A DNA stretch of 64,000 bases from OM43 beta proteobacterium (GTDB lineage: Bacteria; Pseudomonadota; Gammaproteobacteria; Burkholderiales; Methylophilaceae): assembly GCA_042094875.1 (NCBI GenBank), contig JBELCI010000012.1, positions 30,104 through 94,103 of the forward strand. Reading direction: 5' to 3'. Numbering within the stretch: position 1 is the stretch's first letter; every line of letters starts with the position of its first letter. The notes below the pieces were generated by a model. It saw only the letters and a list, made by a program, of their open reading frames with translations, was not told where the DNA came from and did no database searches. This document shows, in pieces, positions 53,382 to 64,000 of this stretch. A program made the translations under genes and the position numbers.

Positions 53382-54065
53382 ATGGATGATAAAGAATTAG
53401 TTGCACAAACAGCATTAGATTATGTTAAAAATAATTCAATAGTTGGCCTTGGTACAGGCTCAACGGCAAACTATTTTATTGATGGATTAGCAAAAAAAAT
53501 AAAAAAAGAAAACCTTAATATACAAGTAGTTGCTAGCTCAACAATTAGTGGTATTAATGCAGCCAATGCAGGATTGCATTGTGTTTCTTTAGATCAAATT
53601 GAATCAATTGATTTATATGTTGATGGTGCTGACGAAATTTTATTAAATGAGTCAATAGAAGTTCTTAAAGGTCGAGGATATGATTTAATAAGAGAAAAAT
53701 TATTAGCGAGCTCTAGTAATGAATGCATTATTATTGGTGATAATTCAAAAATAGTAGATAAGATTGGTACTAATTTTCCAATTCCAGTTGAAGTTTCTCC
53801 TATTGGGTGGAAAATAACAAAAAAAATTATTGCGCAATTTGCAACAGAATGTAATCTGAGAAAAAATACTGCGGGTGATGGTTTTGCTATAACGTCTTAT
53901 GGTAATTTAGTTCTTGATTGTAAGTTTGAATCTAGCGATATCATAACCTTATCAACTCAATTATCAGATATACCGGGCGTTCTTGAACATGGTATCTTTT
54001 TAAATATTGTCCATATTGCCATAATAGCTAATAATGGTGATATAAAAAAATATCAATTTAATTGA
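53382..54065 (+). CDS. rpiA: ribose-5-phosphate isomerase A
   Basis: 227 aa with GLGTGST and DGADE motifs. Confidence 0.93.
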   Translation: MDDKELVAQTALDYVKNNSIVGLGTGSTANYFIDGLAKKIKKENLNIQVVASSTISGINAANAGLHCVSLDQIESIDLYVDGADEILLNESIEVLKGRGYDLIREKLLASSSNECIIIGDNSKIVDKIGTNFPIPVEVSPIGWKITKKIIAQFATECNLRKNTAGDGFAITSYGNLVLDCKFESSDIITLSTQLSDIPGVLEHGIFLNIVHIAIIANNGDIKKYQFN

Positions 54066-55338
54066 TTGTTAGAATTTTTTTTCCATCCATATAAGAAACT
54101 AATGCTTTAGGAATCGCAATATCACCATTCTCTTGTTGAAAATTTTCTAGAATTGCTACCAAAGTTCTCCCCACTGCCAAACCAGAGCCATTCAATGTAT
54201 GTAAATATTGATTTTTCCCATTAGCATCTTTGAATCTTGCTTTTAATCTTCTAGCTTGGAAATCTTCACAATTTGATATCGATGATATTTCTCGATATGT
54301 ATTCTGTGATGGAAGCCAAACTTCAATATCAAAAGTTTTAGCTGATCCAAAACCCATATCACCTTTGCATAATGTAACAACTCTATAGGGCAATTCTAAT
54401 TTTTGGAGAATATTTTCTGCATGCATAACCATTTCATCTAGTGCCTTATAGCTTGAATCAGGATGACTAATTTGAACCATCTCAACTTTATCAAACTGGT
54501 GCTGACGAATCATACCTCTTGTATCTTTACCGTACGAGCCTGCTTCAGATCTAAAGCATGGTGTAAGCGCAGTAAGCTTTAATGGTAAGTCACTTTCTTC
54601 AATTATGGTGTCTCTAACAAAATTTGTTAAAGTAACCTCACCAGTTGGAATAAGATAAAGTGAATCGTCATCACTTTTGCTTGTTTTAAATAAATCTTCA
54701 CCAAACTTTGGTAACTGCCCTGTACCAATCAAAGAGTCCTCATTAACTAAATATGGCGTATAACATTCTTCATATCCATGTTCTTGAGTTTGAATATCAA
54801 GCATCATTTGACCCAGTGCTCTATGTAATCGAGCCATATCACCTTTCATAGTTACAAACCTAGCCCCTGATAATTTAGTTCCTAATTCAAAATCTAATCC
54901 ATGTTTCAAACCTACATCAACATGATCTTTAATTTTATAATTGAAATTTTTTGGCTTTCCATATTCTTTTAAAGTTGTATTATCTTTTTCTGAATTACCA
55001 TTTGGGACTGACTCATGAGGAATATTAGGAATATTTAATAAAAAATCATTTAAAGATATTTGAATTACGGCTAATTGACTTTCTAATTCTTTTAATGTGT
55101 CAGAAACAATATTTACTTGTGACATTAAATCTGAAACATCGTTACCTTTCGTTTTTTCTAAACCAATATTTTTTGAAAATTGATTTCTTTGCTCTTGAAG
55201 CTCCTGAGCCTTTACTTGAATTATTTTTCTATCTTTTTCTAAAGAGTCATATTTTTTTATATCTAAATCGAAGCCTCTTTCTTTTAGAAGCTTTGAAATT
55301 GCCTTACTATCTTTTCTTAATAAATTTATATCAATCAT
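54058..55338 (-). CDS. serS: serine--tRNA ligase
   Basis: 426 aa with an N-terminal coiled coil and class-II motifs ([22 protein letters not shown]). Confidence 0.97.
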   Translation of the reverse strand: MIDINLLRKDSKAISKLLKERGFDLDIKKYDSLEKDRKIIQVKAQELQEQRNQFSKNIGLEKTKGNDVSDLMSQVNIVSDTLKELESQLAVIQISLNDFLLNIPNIPHESVPNGNSEKDNTTLKEYGKPKNFNYKIKDHVDVGLKHGLDFELGTKLSGARFVTMKGDMARLHRALGQMMLDIQTQEHGYEECYTPYLVNEDSLIGTGQLPKFGEDLFKTSKSDDDSLYLIPTGEVTLTNFVRDTIIEESDLPLKLTALTPCFRSEAGSYGKDTRGMIRQHQFDKVEMVQISHPDSSYKALDEMVMHAENILQKLELPYRVVTLCKGDMGFGSAKTFDIEVWLPSQNTYREISSISNCEDFQARRLKARFKDANGKNQYLHTLNGSGLAVGRTLVAILENFQQENGDIAIPKALVSYMDGKKILTIN

Positions 55339-56639
55339 TTCTTATCCTGCTTTTTTTTATATGAATCATCTAATGATTTCAAATAATCTAATTTTTCTTT
55401 TATCCTAATTTCTAAACCTCGATTCGTAGGTTTATAAAATTTTAATGAATCTATTTCATCAGGAAAATATTTTACACCAGCAGCATAAGCATCTGGTTCA
55501 TTATGTGCATACCGATAATTTTTTCCATAATCTAAATTTTCCATCAATTTTGTTGGTGCATTTCTTAAATGCAAAGGTACGTCAAATTGTTGATGTTCTC
55601 TAATAAAAGCCTTAGCATCATTATAAGCTATATATGATGAATTACTTTTAGGAGCTGATGATAAATATAAAATGGCATTTACTAATGCTAATTCTCCTTC
55701 TGGATAACCCAATCTTTCAAAAATTTGGTAAGCCTCTAAAGCAATTGTTTGAGCTTTTAGGTCAGCTAGACCAATGTCTTCTATAGAAATTCTAATTATT
55801 CTTCTCGCTAAATAAAGCGGGTCAGCACCGCCATCAAGCATTCTTAGCAACCAGTATATCGATGCATCAGGATCTGAACCTCTAACTGATTTATGCATTG
55901 CTGATATTTGATCATAGAATTGTTCGCCACTTTTATCAAACCTTCTAGTTTTATCAGAAATTATTTTCTCAACTAGTTTATTGTTTATACTTCCCTCTGT
56001 TTTAGATTTAAAGTTATTAATAAGCATTTCAAGTAAATTTATTAGGCGTCTGGCATCTCCATTTGCATAAGTAAGAATTATATCTTTGGCTTTATTATCT
56101 ATTTTTATTTTGTCAAATTTATTTATGACCTTATCAATGATTGTATTTAGTTCATCTATAGATAATATTTTTAAAACATATATCTGACATCTACTTAATA
56201 GTGCGGTGTTAACTTCAAAAGAAGGATTTTCAGTTGTTGCGCCTATAAAGGTTATTAATCCTGATTCAATGTGCGGCAAAAAAGCATCTTGTTGCCCTTT
56301 ATTAAACCTATGCACTTCATCAATAAAAAGTATAGTTTTTTTATTTTGTTGTTCTAATGAAAACTTAGCTTTTTCTACTGACTCCCTAATTTCTTTAACC
56401 CCTGACAGAACAGCTGAAATAGAAATAAATTGAGCATCTGTACTATTTGCAATAACACGAGCTATTGTCGTTTTACCTACCCCTGGTGGTCCCCATAAAA
56501 TCATAGATGGTAGATTTCCAGAAGTTATTGCAACTTTCAGTGACTGCCCATCACCCAAAAGATGATCCTGTCCTATAATATCTCCAACATTTTTAGGTCT
56601 TAAAAATTCAGCTAGAGGAATTGATGGCTCAGTATTCAT
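55335..56639 (-). CDS. rarA: replication-associated recombination protein A (MgsA/RarA AAA+ ATPase)
   Basis: 434 aa with [19 protein letters not shown] and a C-terminal MgsA domain ([18 protein letters not shown]). Confidence 0.95.
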   Translation of the reverse strand: MNTEPSIPLAEFLRPKNVGDIIGQDHLLGDGQSLKVAITSGNLPSMILWGPPGVGKTTIARVIANSTDAQFISISAVLSGVKEIRESVEKAKFSLEQQNKKTILFIDEVHRFNKGQQDAFLPHIESGLITFIGATTENPSFEVNTALLSRCQIYVLKILSIDELNTIIDKVINKFDKIKIDNKAKDIILTYANGDARRLINLLEMLINNFKSKTEGSINNKLVEKIISDKTRRFDKSGEQFYDQISAMHKSVRGSDPDASIYWLLRMLDGGADPLYLARRIIRISIEDIGLADLKAQTIALEAYQIFERLGYPEGELALVNAILYLSSAPKSNSSYIAYNDAKAFIREHQQFDVPLHLRNAPTKLMENLDYGKNYRYAHNEPDAYAAGVKYFPDEIDSLKFYKPTNRGLEIRIKEKLDYLKSLDDSYKKKQDKK

Positions 56640-57239
56640 TTAATTTTTTATAACGTCAATATCATCGGGAGTATTGAATAAGAAGAATGCATCATTGATT
56701 TTAAGATTCTGATTAATATTAATAAACTGAATTTCAGTTTTATTGTCGAATCCGTCAATAATTGTCATAAACTTTAATTTATCTTGAGAAAAATGAATGA
56801 ATACTTCTTTGAAATTCGCCTTATCGGGTTCATGAGGCACAGCTTTAAACCAATCAATTTCTTTATCTCTAATTCTAGTTATTTTAAACAAACTTTCTAT
56901 ATCGTTAGTCACTAACAGCATTGCCGGACTAACTCCACCAATTTTTTTTAATTGACTAATAACAACCTGCTTTAAATCAGGGTCATAAAGATATAATAAT
57001 TCTCCGTCACTTATTAATTGACTTTTTAATGGTTTAAGATAATCCCACTTAAATAAATTAGGTTTTTTAAAAAAAAATTGGCCTGAAACTTCTTGAAGTA
57101 TTGCACCATTTTGATCGGTCACTTTTTGTTTGAAATCACCAGTAAGAGATTTCATTTTATTTAATTTTTCTGTTAATTCAAAATTTGAATTAGCTGATAC
57201 ATTTAAACAAAATAATAATAAAAGAAAAAGTCTAATCAT
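56640..57239 (-). CDS. lolA: outer-membrane lipoprotein carrier protein LolA
   Basis: Signal peptide [19 protein letters not shown] motif (LTGDFKQKV) and ftsK-lolA-rarA-serS synteny. Start set at the internal ATG 57239. Confidence 0.88.
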   Translation of the reverse strand: MIRLFLLLLFCLNVSANSNFELTEKLNKMKSLTGDFKQKVTDQNGAILQEVSGQFFFKKPNLFKWDYLKPLKSQLISDGELLYLYDPDLKQVVISQLKKIGGVSPAMLLVTNDIESLFKITRIRDKEIDWFKAVPHEPDKANFKEVFIHFSQDKLKFMTIIDGFDNKTEIQFININQNLKINDAFFLFNTPDDIDVIKN

Positions 57240-59529
57240 CTTTATTATTGGCAATAATTTCTCGATTTCCATTACTTTGCATTGGAGATACTAATCCAGC
57301 TTTTTCCATATCTTCAATAATTCTAGCTGCACGATTATAGCCAATTCTTAAATTTCTTTGAACGTATGAGATTGAGGCTTTTTTGGATTTAAGCACAATT
57401 TCAACAGCTTCATCATAAAGGGGATCTTTTTCCCCAGACGGACTAGACTCACCTAAAATATTATCAACGCCCTCATTAGGATTAAGTATCTCTTCTATAT
57501 ATTCAGGCTCACCTTTCGATTTAAGAAAATTAACTACTTTATGAACCTCTTGATCAGAAACAAAAGCCCCGTGTATTCGGTCTGGATAGCCTGTTCCAGG
57601 CGGCATATATAACATATCGCCTTTTCCTAATAGTGTTTCTGCCCCCATCTGATCAAGAATTGTTCTTGAATCTATTTTACTTGATACTTGAAATCCAATA
57701 CGAACTGGGATATTTGCTTTAATTAATCCAGTAATAACGTCAACAGATGGTCTTTGAGTTGCCAAAACTAAATGTATTCCAGATGCTCTTGCTTTTTGAG
57801 CCAGTCTTGCAATTAATGCCTCAATTTTTTTACCCATTGTCATCATTAAATCTGCTAATTCATCAATAACAATTACAATTAATGGTAACTCTTCTAAAAC
57901 TTCTGGATTATCAGGATCTAATGAAAATGGATTTGTTAAAGGAGTTCCTTTTTCACTAGATTCTTTAATTTTCTGATTAAATCCAGCTAGATTTCTAACG
58001 CCAAATTCAGACATTAATTTATACCTTCTTTCCATTTCTGAAACACACCAATTTAAAGCGTTACTTGCCTGTCTCATATCAGTCACTACAGGCGATAATA
58101 AATGTGGAATTCCCTCATAAACTGATAGCTCAAGCATTTTAGGATCGATTAAAATCATTTTAACTTTATCAGAAGTTGCTTTATAAAGAAGACTTAGAAC
58201 AAGCGCATTAATAGCGACAGATTTTCCTGAACCAGTTGTCCCAGCAATTAAAATATGTGGCATTCTAGAAATATCTGCAATTTCTGGTTTACCGGCAATA
58301 TCTTTTCCTAATGCAACTGATAATAAAGCTGATGTATCAGCAAAAGTTTTTGAACTAACAATTTCAGAAAGGTAAACAATCTGACGATCTGGATTTGGAA
58401 TCTCCAAGCCCATACAAGTTTTTCCAGGAATAGTTTCTACAACTCTGACGCTACTTACCGATAATGCTCTAGCTAAATCTTTTGCTAAATTTATCACTTG
58501 ACTTCCTTTTACACCTGCTGCGGGCTCAAATTCATATCGAGTGATCACCGGACCAGGTTGTGCTGATATAACCTTAGCCTCAATTCCAAAATCCAATAAT
58601 TTTTTTTCTATCAATCTAGAAATAAATTCAATAGTTTCTGGTGATTGAACTGAAGCTTCTTTTTTTGGCTGATCTAGGAGATGCAATGGAGGCAAGATTG
58701 AATCAGAATCACCAAATAGACTAGTTTGTTTTTCTTTCTTAACCCTAACACTTTCTTTATCTGGCAACTTGATATCTAAAATTTTTACAGGAGAGCGATT
58801 TTCAAGCTTTTTTCTTTCTGAGTCAACAAAAGAAGATCTTTCTTGCTCAAACTTTCTCCCTTCTCTTCGATCTTGCCAATTATCATATTTGTTAATAATG
58901 CTTGTACATAAATTACATATGAAGTTACCAATACTTTCTGAGATTGTTATCCACGACCAACCAGTAAATAAACTAAACCCAATAGCAAATGAAATTACTA
59001 AAAAAACTAATGTTCCGATATATCCCATTGCTTGAGCTAAAAACTGATAAATAATATTACCTATAATTCCTCCTTGTTCAGAAGGTAGTAAAACTGCAAA
59101 ATCAATCATATAACCAGCTTCAAATGTTGATGACGATAAAAGCAAAAGGAAAAAACCTAAATAATGAATAATTAACAAATGTTTTATTTGATAATTTTCA
59201 TTCTCAATTCTTGGGTAAATTAAAAAAATACTATAAATACTTAAAAAAACTAGCCACCAAGCTGATAAACCAAAAATATTTAAAAAGAAATCAGAGAAGT
59301 AAGCGCCAGTGATTCCAGCTAAATTATTTATATTCTCTCCAACATCAATACTATGAGAAAAAGAAGGATCACTACCTGAATAACTTACTAAAGCGAGAGT
59401 TATATATAAACCTATAAATAATAGAGTAAACCAAGAAGCTTCTCTAATGACCCTACTTGCTAAATCTTTAGTATTTTTCTTAGATGCAGCTAAAATTTTA
59501 TTATTTTTTGATTTTTTTCTTGAAAACAA
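57232..59529 (-). CDS. ftsK: DNA translocase FtsK
   Basis: 765 aa with N-terminal TM helices, Walker [10 protein letters not shown], a motor domain and a C-terminal gamma winged helix ([18 protein letters not shown]). It appears to start with TTG; there is no in-frame ATG near the 5' end. Confidence 0.96.
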   Translation of the reverse strand: MFSRKKSKNNKILAASKKNTKDLASRVIREASWFTLLFIGLYITLALVSYSGSDPSFSHSIDVGENINNLAGITGAYFSDFFLNIFGLSAWWLVFLSIYSIFLIYPRIENENYQIKHLLIIHYLGFFLLLLSSSTFEAGYMIDFAVLLPSEQGGIIGNIIYQFLAQAMGYIGTLVFLVISFAIGFSLFTGWSWITISESIGNFICNLCTSIINKYDNWQDRREGRKFEQERSSFVDSERKKLENRSPVKILDIKLPDKESVRVKKEKQTSLFGDSDSILPPLHLLDQPKKEASVQSPETIEFISRLIEKKLLDFGIEAKVISAQPGPVITRYEFEPAAGVKGSQVINLAKDLARALSVSSVRVVETIPGKTCMGLEIPNPDRQIVYLSEIVSSKTFADTSALLSVALGKDIAGKPEIADISRMPHILIAGTTGSGKSVAINALVLSLLYKATSDKVKMILIDPKMLELSVYEGIPHLLSPVVTDMRQASNALNWCVSEMERRYKLMSEFGVRNLAGFNQKIKESSEKGTPLTNPFSLDPDNPEVLEELPLIVIVIDELADLMMTMGKKIEALIARLAQKARASGIHLVLATQRPSVDVITGLIKANIPVRIGFQVSSKIDSRTILDQMGAETLLGKGDMLYMPPGTGYPDRIHGAFVSDQEVHKVVNFLKSKGEPEYIEEILNPNEGVDNILGESSPSGEKDPLYDEAVEIVLKSKKASISYVQRNLRIGYNRAARIIEDMEKAGLVSPMQSNGNREIIANNKDD

Positions 59530-59532
59530 TTA

Positions 59533-59545
59533 AAGATACTCAATG
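59533..59545. repeat. direct repeat copy 1 (AAGATACTCAATG)
   Basis: 12/13 identical to 59702-59714. Lies 4 nt upstream of the ftsK TTG start. Confidence 0.6.
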
Positions 59546-59689
59546 AAATATAATTGATTATATCAGGCTGAAATTAAAATTGAACTCAAAAAATTATTTT
59601 TAGTAATTAAAATTAATATTAAGTAATTTAAAATATAAGATTAATTAAATTAATTAAAATGATTTAAATAATTATCTTAAAAATCATTA

Positions 59690-59703
59690 TTATCAATTGA
59701 TAA
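59690..59703. promoter_or_regulatory. perfect 14-bp palindrome TTATCAATTGATAA (candidate operator)
   Basis: Read directly from the sequence. Lies about 56 nt upstream of the trxB ATG. The half-site ATTGAT also occurs at about 59556 (ATAATTGATTAT). Confidence 0.4.
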
Positions 59704-59714
59704 GATACTCAGTG
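59702..59714. repeat. direct repeat copy 2 (AAGATACTCAGTG)
   Basis: 12/13 identical to 59533-59545. Lies 45 nt upstream of the trxB ATG. Confidence 0.6.
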
Positions 59715-59755
59715 TAAACTAGAATTACGTTTTAATTAGACTCTGGAAATATTAA

Positions 59756-61238
<1,483 letters not shown>

Positions 61239-61715
61239 TTAGTCTTTATGAATCAAACATATTGCTTGCGCTGCAATTCCCTCTGACCTTCCAATGAAGC
61301 CAAGCTGTTCAGTTGTTGTGGCTTTTATATTTATATCATTTATATCACACATACAATCATCGGAAATATTTTCTTTCATCTGATGAATATATGACTGCAT
61401 CTTTGGGTGCTCACAAATAATAGTTGCATCAATATTGCCAACAATATAATTATTTGATTTTAATTTTTGGATTACCTCTTTTAGGAGCTCACGAGAATTA
61501 ATATCTTTAAATTTTTCTTCAGTATCTGGAAAATGTTTGCCAATATCGCCAAGAGATGATGCTCCTAATAATGCATCTATTATAGAATGTATTAAAACAT
61601 CAGCATCAGAATGACCTTCTAAGCCATAATCATAATCAATTAATACGCCTCCAATCTTTAAAGGCTTATCTTTTATAAATTTATGAACATCAAATCCTTG
61701 CCCTATTCGAGTCAT
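61239..61715 (-). CDS. ispF: 2-C-methyl-D-erythritol 2,4-cyclodiphosphate synthase
   Basis: 158 aa with IGQGFDVHKF and GHSDADV motifs. Confidence 0.96.
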   Translation of the reverse strand: MTRIGQGFDVHKFIKDKPLKIGGVLIDYDYGLEGHSDADVLIHSIIDALLGASSLGDIGKHFPDTEEKFKDINSRELLKEVIQKLKSNNYIVGNIDATIICEHPKMQSYIHQMKENISDDCMCDINDINIKATTTEQLGFIGRSEGIAAQAICLIHKD

Positions 61716-62413
61716 TTATTTCCTTTAATTATTGTATTAAAAATCTGGTTCATATTGATTAAATCTTCAGGGTATGTAATTTTAAAATTAGTAATCAATC
61801 CTTTGTAAACCATTGGCTTTAAACCAAGTGATTCTATTGCTTGTGCTTCGTCAGTTGGTATTCCATCATATTTTTCAAGAGCCTCTATTAATTGCTCGTA
61901 TTTAAACATTTGTGGGGTTTGTGCTAACCACAATTCATCACGATTTTCTGTTTTAGTAATTTTTTTAGATTTATCTAATCTCTTTATTGTATCAACTGAA
62001 GGAATTGCCACTATACCCCCTACTTTATCTTTAGTAACTTCTTTAATAAAAGAATTAATAAAAGATTCTGTAATTCCAACACGAGCAGCATCATGAATTA
62101 AGACCCAATCATCATTTAAAACATAATTTTTTATTAAATTAAGTGTATTGAGCACCGTATCCGATCTACTACTCCCTCCAGAATAATAGATTTTTGTTTT
62201 ATGAGAAAAGGAATAATTAGAGTTTTCAATATATTTTCTTTCACTATTATTGAAACCAATTGAAATTGTGTCAACTGCATTAACATTTGAAAATATAAAA
62301 TCAACCCATTCAATTAATGTTTTTCCATGAAAGGATGCAAATTGTTTAGGTATATCTTGCCCCATTCTAGAGCTAGAACCTGCTGCTGGAATAATTACAT
62401 GAATCTTTGACAT
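61712..62413 (-). CDS. ispD: 2-C-methyl-D-erythritol 4-phosphate cytidylyltransferase
   Basis: IIPAAGSSSRMG motif and ispD-ispF order with a 4-nt overlap. Start is 62413 or 62428. Confidence 0.93.
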   Translation of the reverse strand: MSKIHVIIPAAGSSSRMGQDIPKQFASFHGKTLIEWVDFIFSNVNAVDTISIGFNNSERKYIENSNYSFSHKTKIYYSGGSSRSDTVLNTLNLIKNYVLNDDWVLIHDAARVGITESFINSFIKEVTKDKVGGIVAIPSVDTIKRLDKSKKITKTENRDELWLAQTPQMFKYEQLIEALEKYDGIPTDEAQAIESLGLKPMVYKGLITNFKITYPEDLINMNQIFNTIIKGNK

Positions 62414-62446
62414 ACTAAATTTTAGCATGTCAAAGAATGAACTTAA

Positions 62447-63640
62447 TTACTTTTCACTAGAAACTGAATTGATTTTATGGATAGTTATATCAGCACCATT
62501 AAATTCTTCCTCTTCTGTTAATCTAATGCCCATAACATTTTTCACAATGGAATAGATGATATAACCTCCAAAAAATGCAACTGCAACACCTGAAACAGTA
62601 CCGACTAATTGAGATAAAAAGGTTACTCCCCCAAGCCCGCCAAATTGCGATAACCCGAAAATACCTGCAGCTATACCGCCCCATGCACCACAGATTCCAT
62701 GCAGTGGCCAAACACCAAGTACATCATCTATTTTCCATTTGTTCTGAGTTAATGCAAATGTCCAAACGAATAATCCACCAGCAATAGCTCCTGTAGCAAG
62801 AGCTCCTAATGGATGAAAAAGATTTGATCCGGCACATACAGCAACCAAACCTGCCAAAGGTCCGTTATATAGGAATCCAGGGTCATTTTTACCAACCACT
62901 AAAGCAGCAAGAGTTCCTCCTACCATTGCCATAAGAGAATTAACAGCGACTAAACCAGTTATACCGTCTAGGGTTTGTGCAGACATAACATTAAAACCAA
63001 ACCATCCAACAGTAAGTATCCATGAACCTAAAGCTAAGAAAGGAATACTTGAAGGTGGAAACGCATTTAATTTTCCATCTTTTGAATATCTTCCATGCCT
63101 AGCGCCTAATAATATAACTGCTGCTAATGCAATCCAGCCCCCCATTCCATGAACAACAACTGATCCTGCAAAATCATTAAAGGGAGCACCAAAATTATTA
63201 GTTAAAAATTCTTGATAGCCGTGATTTCCATTCCAAATAATCCCTTCAAAAAAAGGATATAGGAATCCAACTAAAAGAAATGATGCAACAATTTGAGGAT
63301 TAAATTTTGCTCTTTCTGCAATTCCACCTGAAATAATTGCAGGAATTGCTGCAGCAAAAGTTAATAAAAAGAAGAACTTAACAAGCTCATATGCACTTTT
63401 TTCACTAAGTGCTGAAGCAGCATCATAGAAATTAATTCCATATGCCAAACTATAACCTATAAAGAAATAAGCTATTGTTGACACTGAAAAATCTGCCATT
63501 ATTTTGGCTAAAGCATTCACTTGGTTTTTTTCTCTTACTGTACCTACCTCTAAAAACGCGAATCCAGCATGCATCGCAAGAACCATAATTGCACCTAAAA
63601 GAATAAAAAGAACGTTGCCTTGATCTGCTAAAGTTTCCAT
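62447..63640 (-). CDS. amt: ammonium transporter (Amt family)
   Basis: 397 aa with about 11 TM segments and Amt signature regions (DFAGSVVVHGMGGW, LGVWPLHGICGAWGG). Confidence 0.95.
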   Translation of the reverse strand: METLADQGNVLFILLGAIMVLAMHAGFAFLEVGTVREKNQVNALAKIMADFSVSTIAYFFIGYSLAYGINFYDAASALSEKSAYELVKFFFLLTFAAAIPAIISGGIAERAKFNPQIVASFLLVGFLYPFFEGIIWNGNHGYQEFLTNNFGAPFNDFAGSVVVHGMGGWIALAAVILLGARHGRYSKDGKLNAFPPSSIPFLALGSWILTVGWFGFNVMSAQTLDGITGLVAVNSLMAMVGGTLAALVVGKNDPGFLYNGPLAGLVAVCAGSNLFHPLGALATGAIAGGLFVWTFALTQNKWKIDDVLGVWPLHGICGAWGGIAAGIFGLSQFGGLGGVTFLSQLVGTVSGVAVAFFGGYIIYSIVKNVMGIRLTEEEEFNGADITIHKINSVSSEK

Positions 63641-63724
63641 TGTTAAATTCCTATTTTTTTAATTAATTAATTATCCATAAAATTAGTTCTGTTTCTAGGA
63701 TTTAGTAGTAAATTTTTCTAAATA

Positions 63725-63761
63725 TGCACTAAATATAATAAAATTGCATTATTTTAGTGCA
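63725..63761. promoter_or_regulatory. 37-bp imperfect palindrome upstream of amt (candidate operator or 5'-UTR hairpin)
   Basis: TGCACTAAA-T-ATAAT [AAAATTGC] ATTAT-TTTAGTGCA: 14 paired positions with one bulge. The right part, TGCATTATTTTAGTGCA (63745-63761), resembles the NtrC site TGCACC-N5-GGTGCA. Confidence 0.45.
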
Positions 63762-63812
63762 ATTTCTATGATTAAATGATTTATTAGCAAAAAGGTTTTA
63801 TGATTACTATCT

Positions 63813-64000
63813 ATGTTTGATTATTTTTTTGTCTTTATAATTTTAATAGTTGTTTATTTTTGGTATGAAACTTCCGCCAAGAGAGAAATAGCTGTATCGT
63901 ACGGTAAAAATATTGCTAAGCAGTTCAATTTACAACTACTTGATGACACAGTTTATTGTAATAAAATTTCAATCGTAAGAACCTCTGAGAACTGGCCTTT
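63813..64000 (+). CDS. DUF3301-like small membrane protein (5' partial, runs off the window)
   Basis: MFDYFFVFIILIVVYFWYETSAKREIAVSYGKNIAKQFNLQLLDDTV... A TM helix followed by A.RE.A and the LQLLDDTV motif, as I recall for DUF3301. Confidence 0.55.
   Translation, partial: MFDYFFVFIILIVVYFWYETSAKREIAVSYGKNIAKQFNLQLLDDTVYCNKISIVRTSENWP

Noticed and set aside
59678-59706. A Fur box in AATCATTATTATCAATTGATAAG upstream of trxB.
   Set aside because: It contains ATTATC/GATAA-like hexamers, but the half-sites are in the swapped order relative to the 7-1-7 Fur consensus (TGATAAT-n-ATTATCA), and overall identity to the 19-bp box is poor. It is kept only as a generic palindrome.
63641-63812. A sigma54 (-24/-12) promoter for amt.
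   Set aside because: The best candidate on the minus strand, TTGCAC-N9-TGCA, has no GG dinucleotide, and the spacing is 2 nt too long for GG-N10-GC. Nothing nearer the ATG fits.

Overview
This is an AT-rich (by eye roughly one-third G+C), very gene-dense chromosomal segment. It holds about 50 protein genes, and nearly all have recognisable housekeeping functions. Gene content and order point to a streamlined beta-proteobacterial methylotroph of the OM43/Methylophilaceae type; this placement is an inference from synteny, not a database hit. The supporting blocks are pqqBCDE, gyrA-serC-pheA-hisC, metZ-purF-cvpA-SPOR-folC-accD-trpA-trpB-trpF-truA-fimV-asd-leuB-leuD-leuC, argG-argF-argD, yhdP-tldD, and trxB next to ftsK-lolA-rarA-serS. 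From about 0.9 kb to 32.7 kb every gene is on the minus strand, and many stop/start codons overlap. I saw no rRNA, tRNA, CRISPR array, transposase, integrase, prophage or obvious defence island, so this is core genome rather than an accessory region. The unexplained signals are small-scale. (1) Two copies of a pseudoknot-type RNA element lie upstream of metZ, one coupled to a terminator and one to the Shine-Dalgarno (SD) sequence, with compensatory changes between the copies; this looks like a tandem riboswitch. (2) The membrane anchor and N-terminal region of the yhdP-like gene lie in frame upstream of any canonical start codon. (3) EF-P is the Arg-tip (EarP) type, but its modified hairpin is 4 residues longer than I recall for that type, and no earP lies nearby. 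(4) The pqqBCDE operon has no adjacent pqqA and is followed 21 nt later by an MFS transporter. (5) Palindromes and direct repeats sit in the amt and ftsK/trxB upstream regions. All functional calls come from motif recognition by eye and recalled family sequences. No searches were run.
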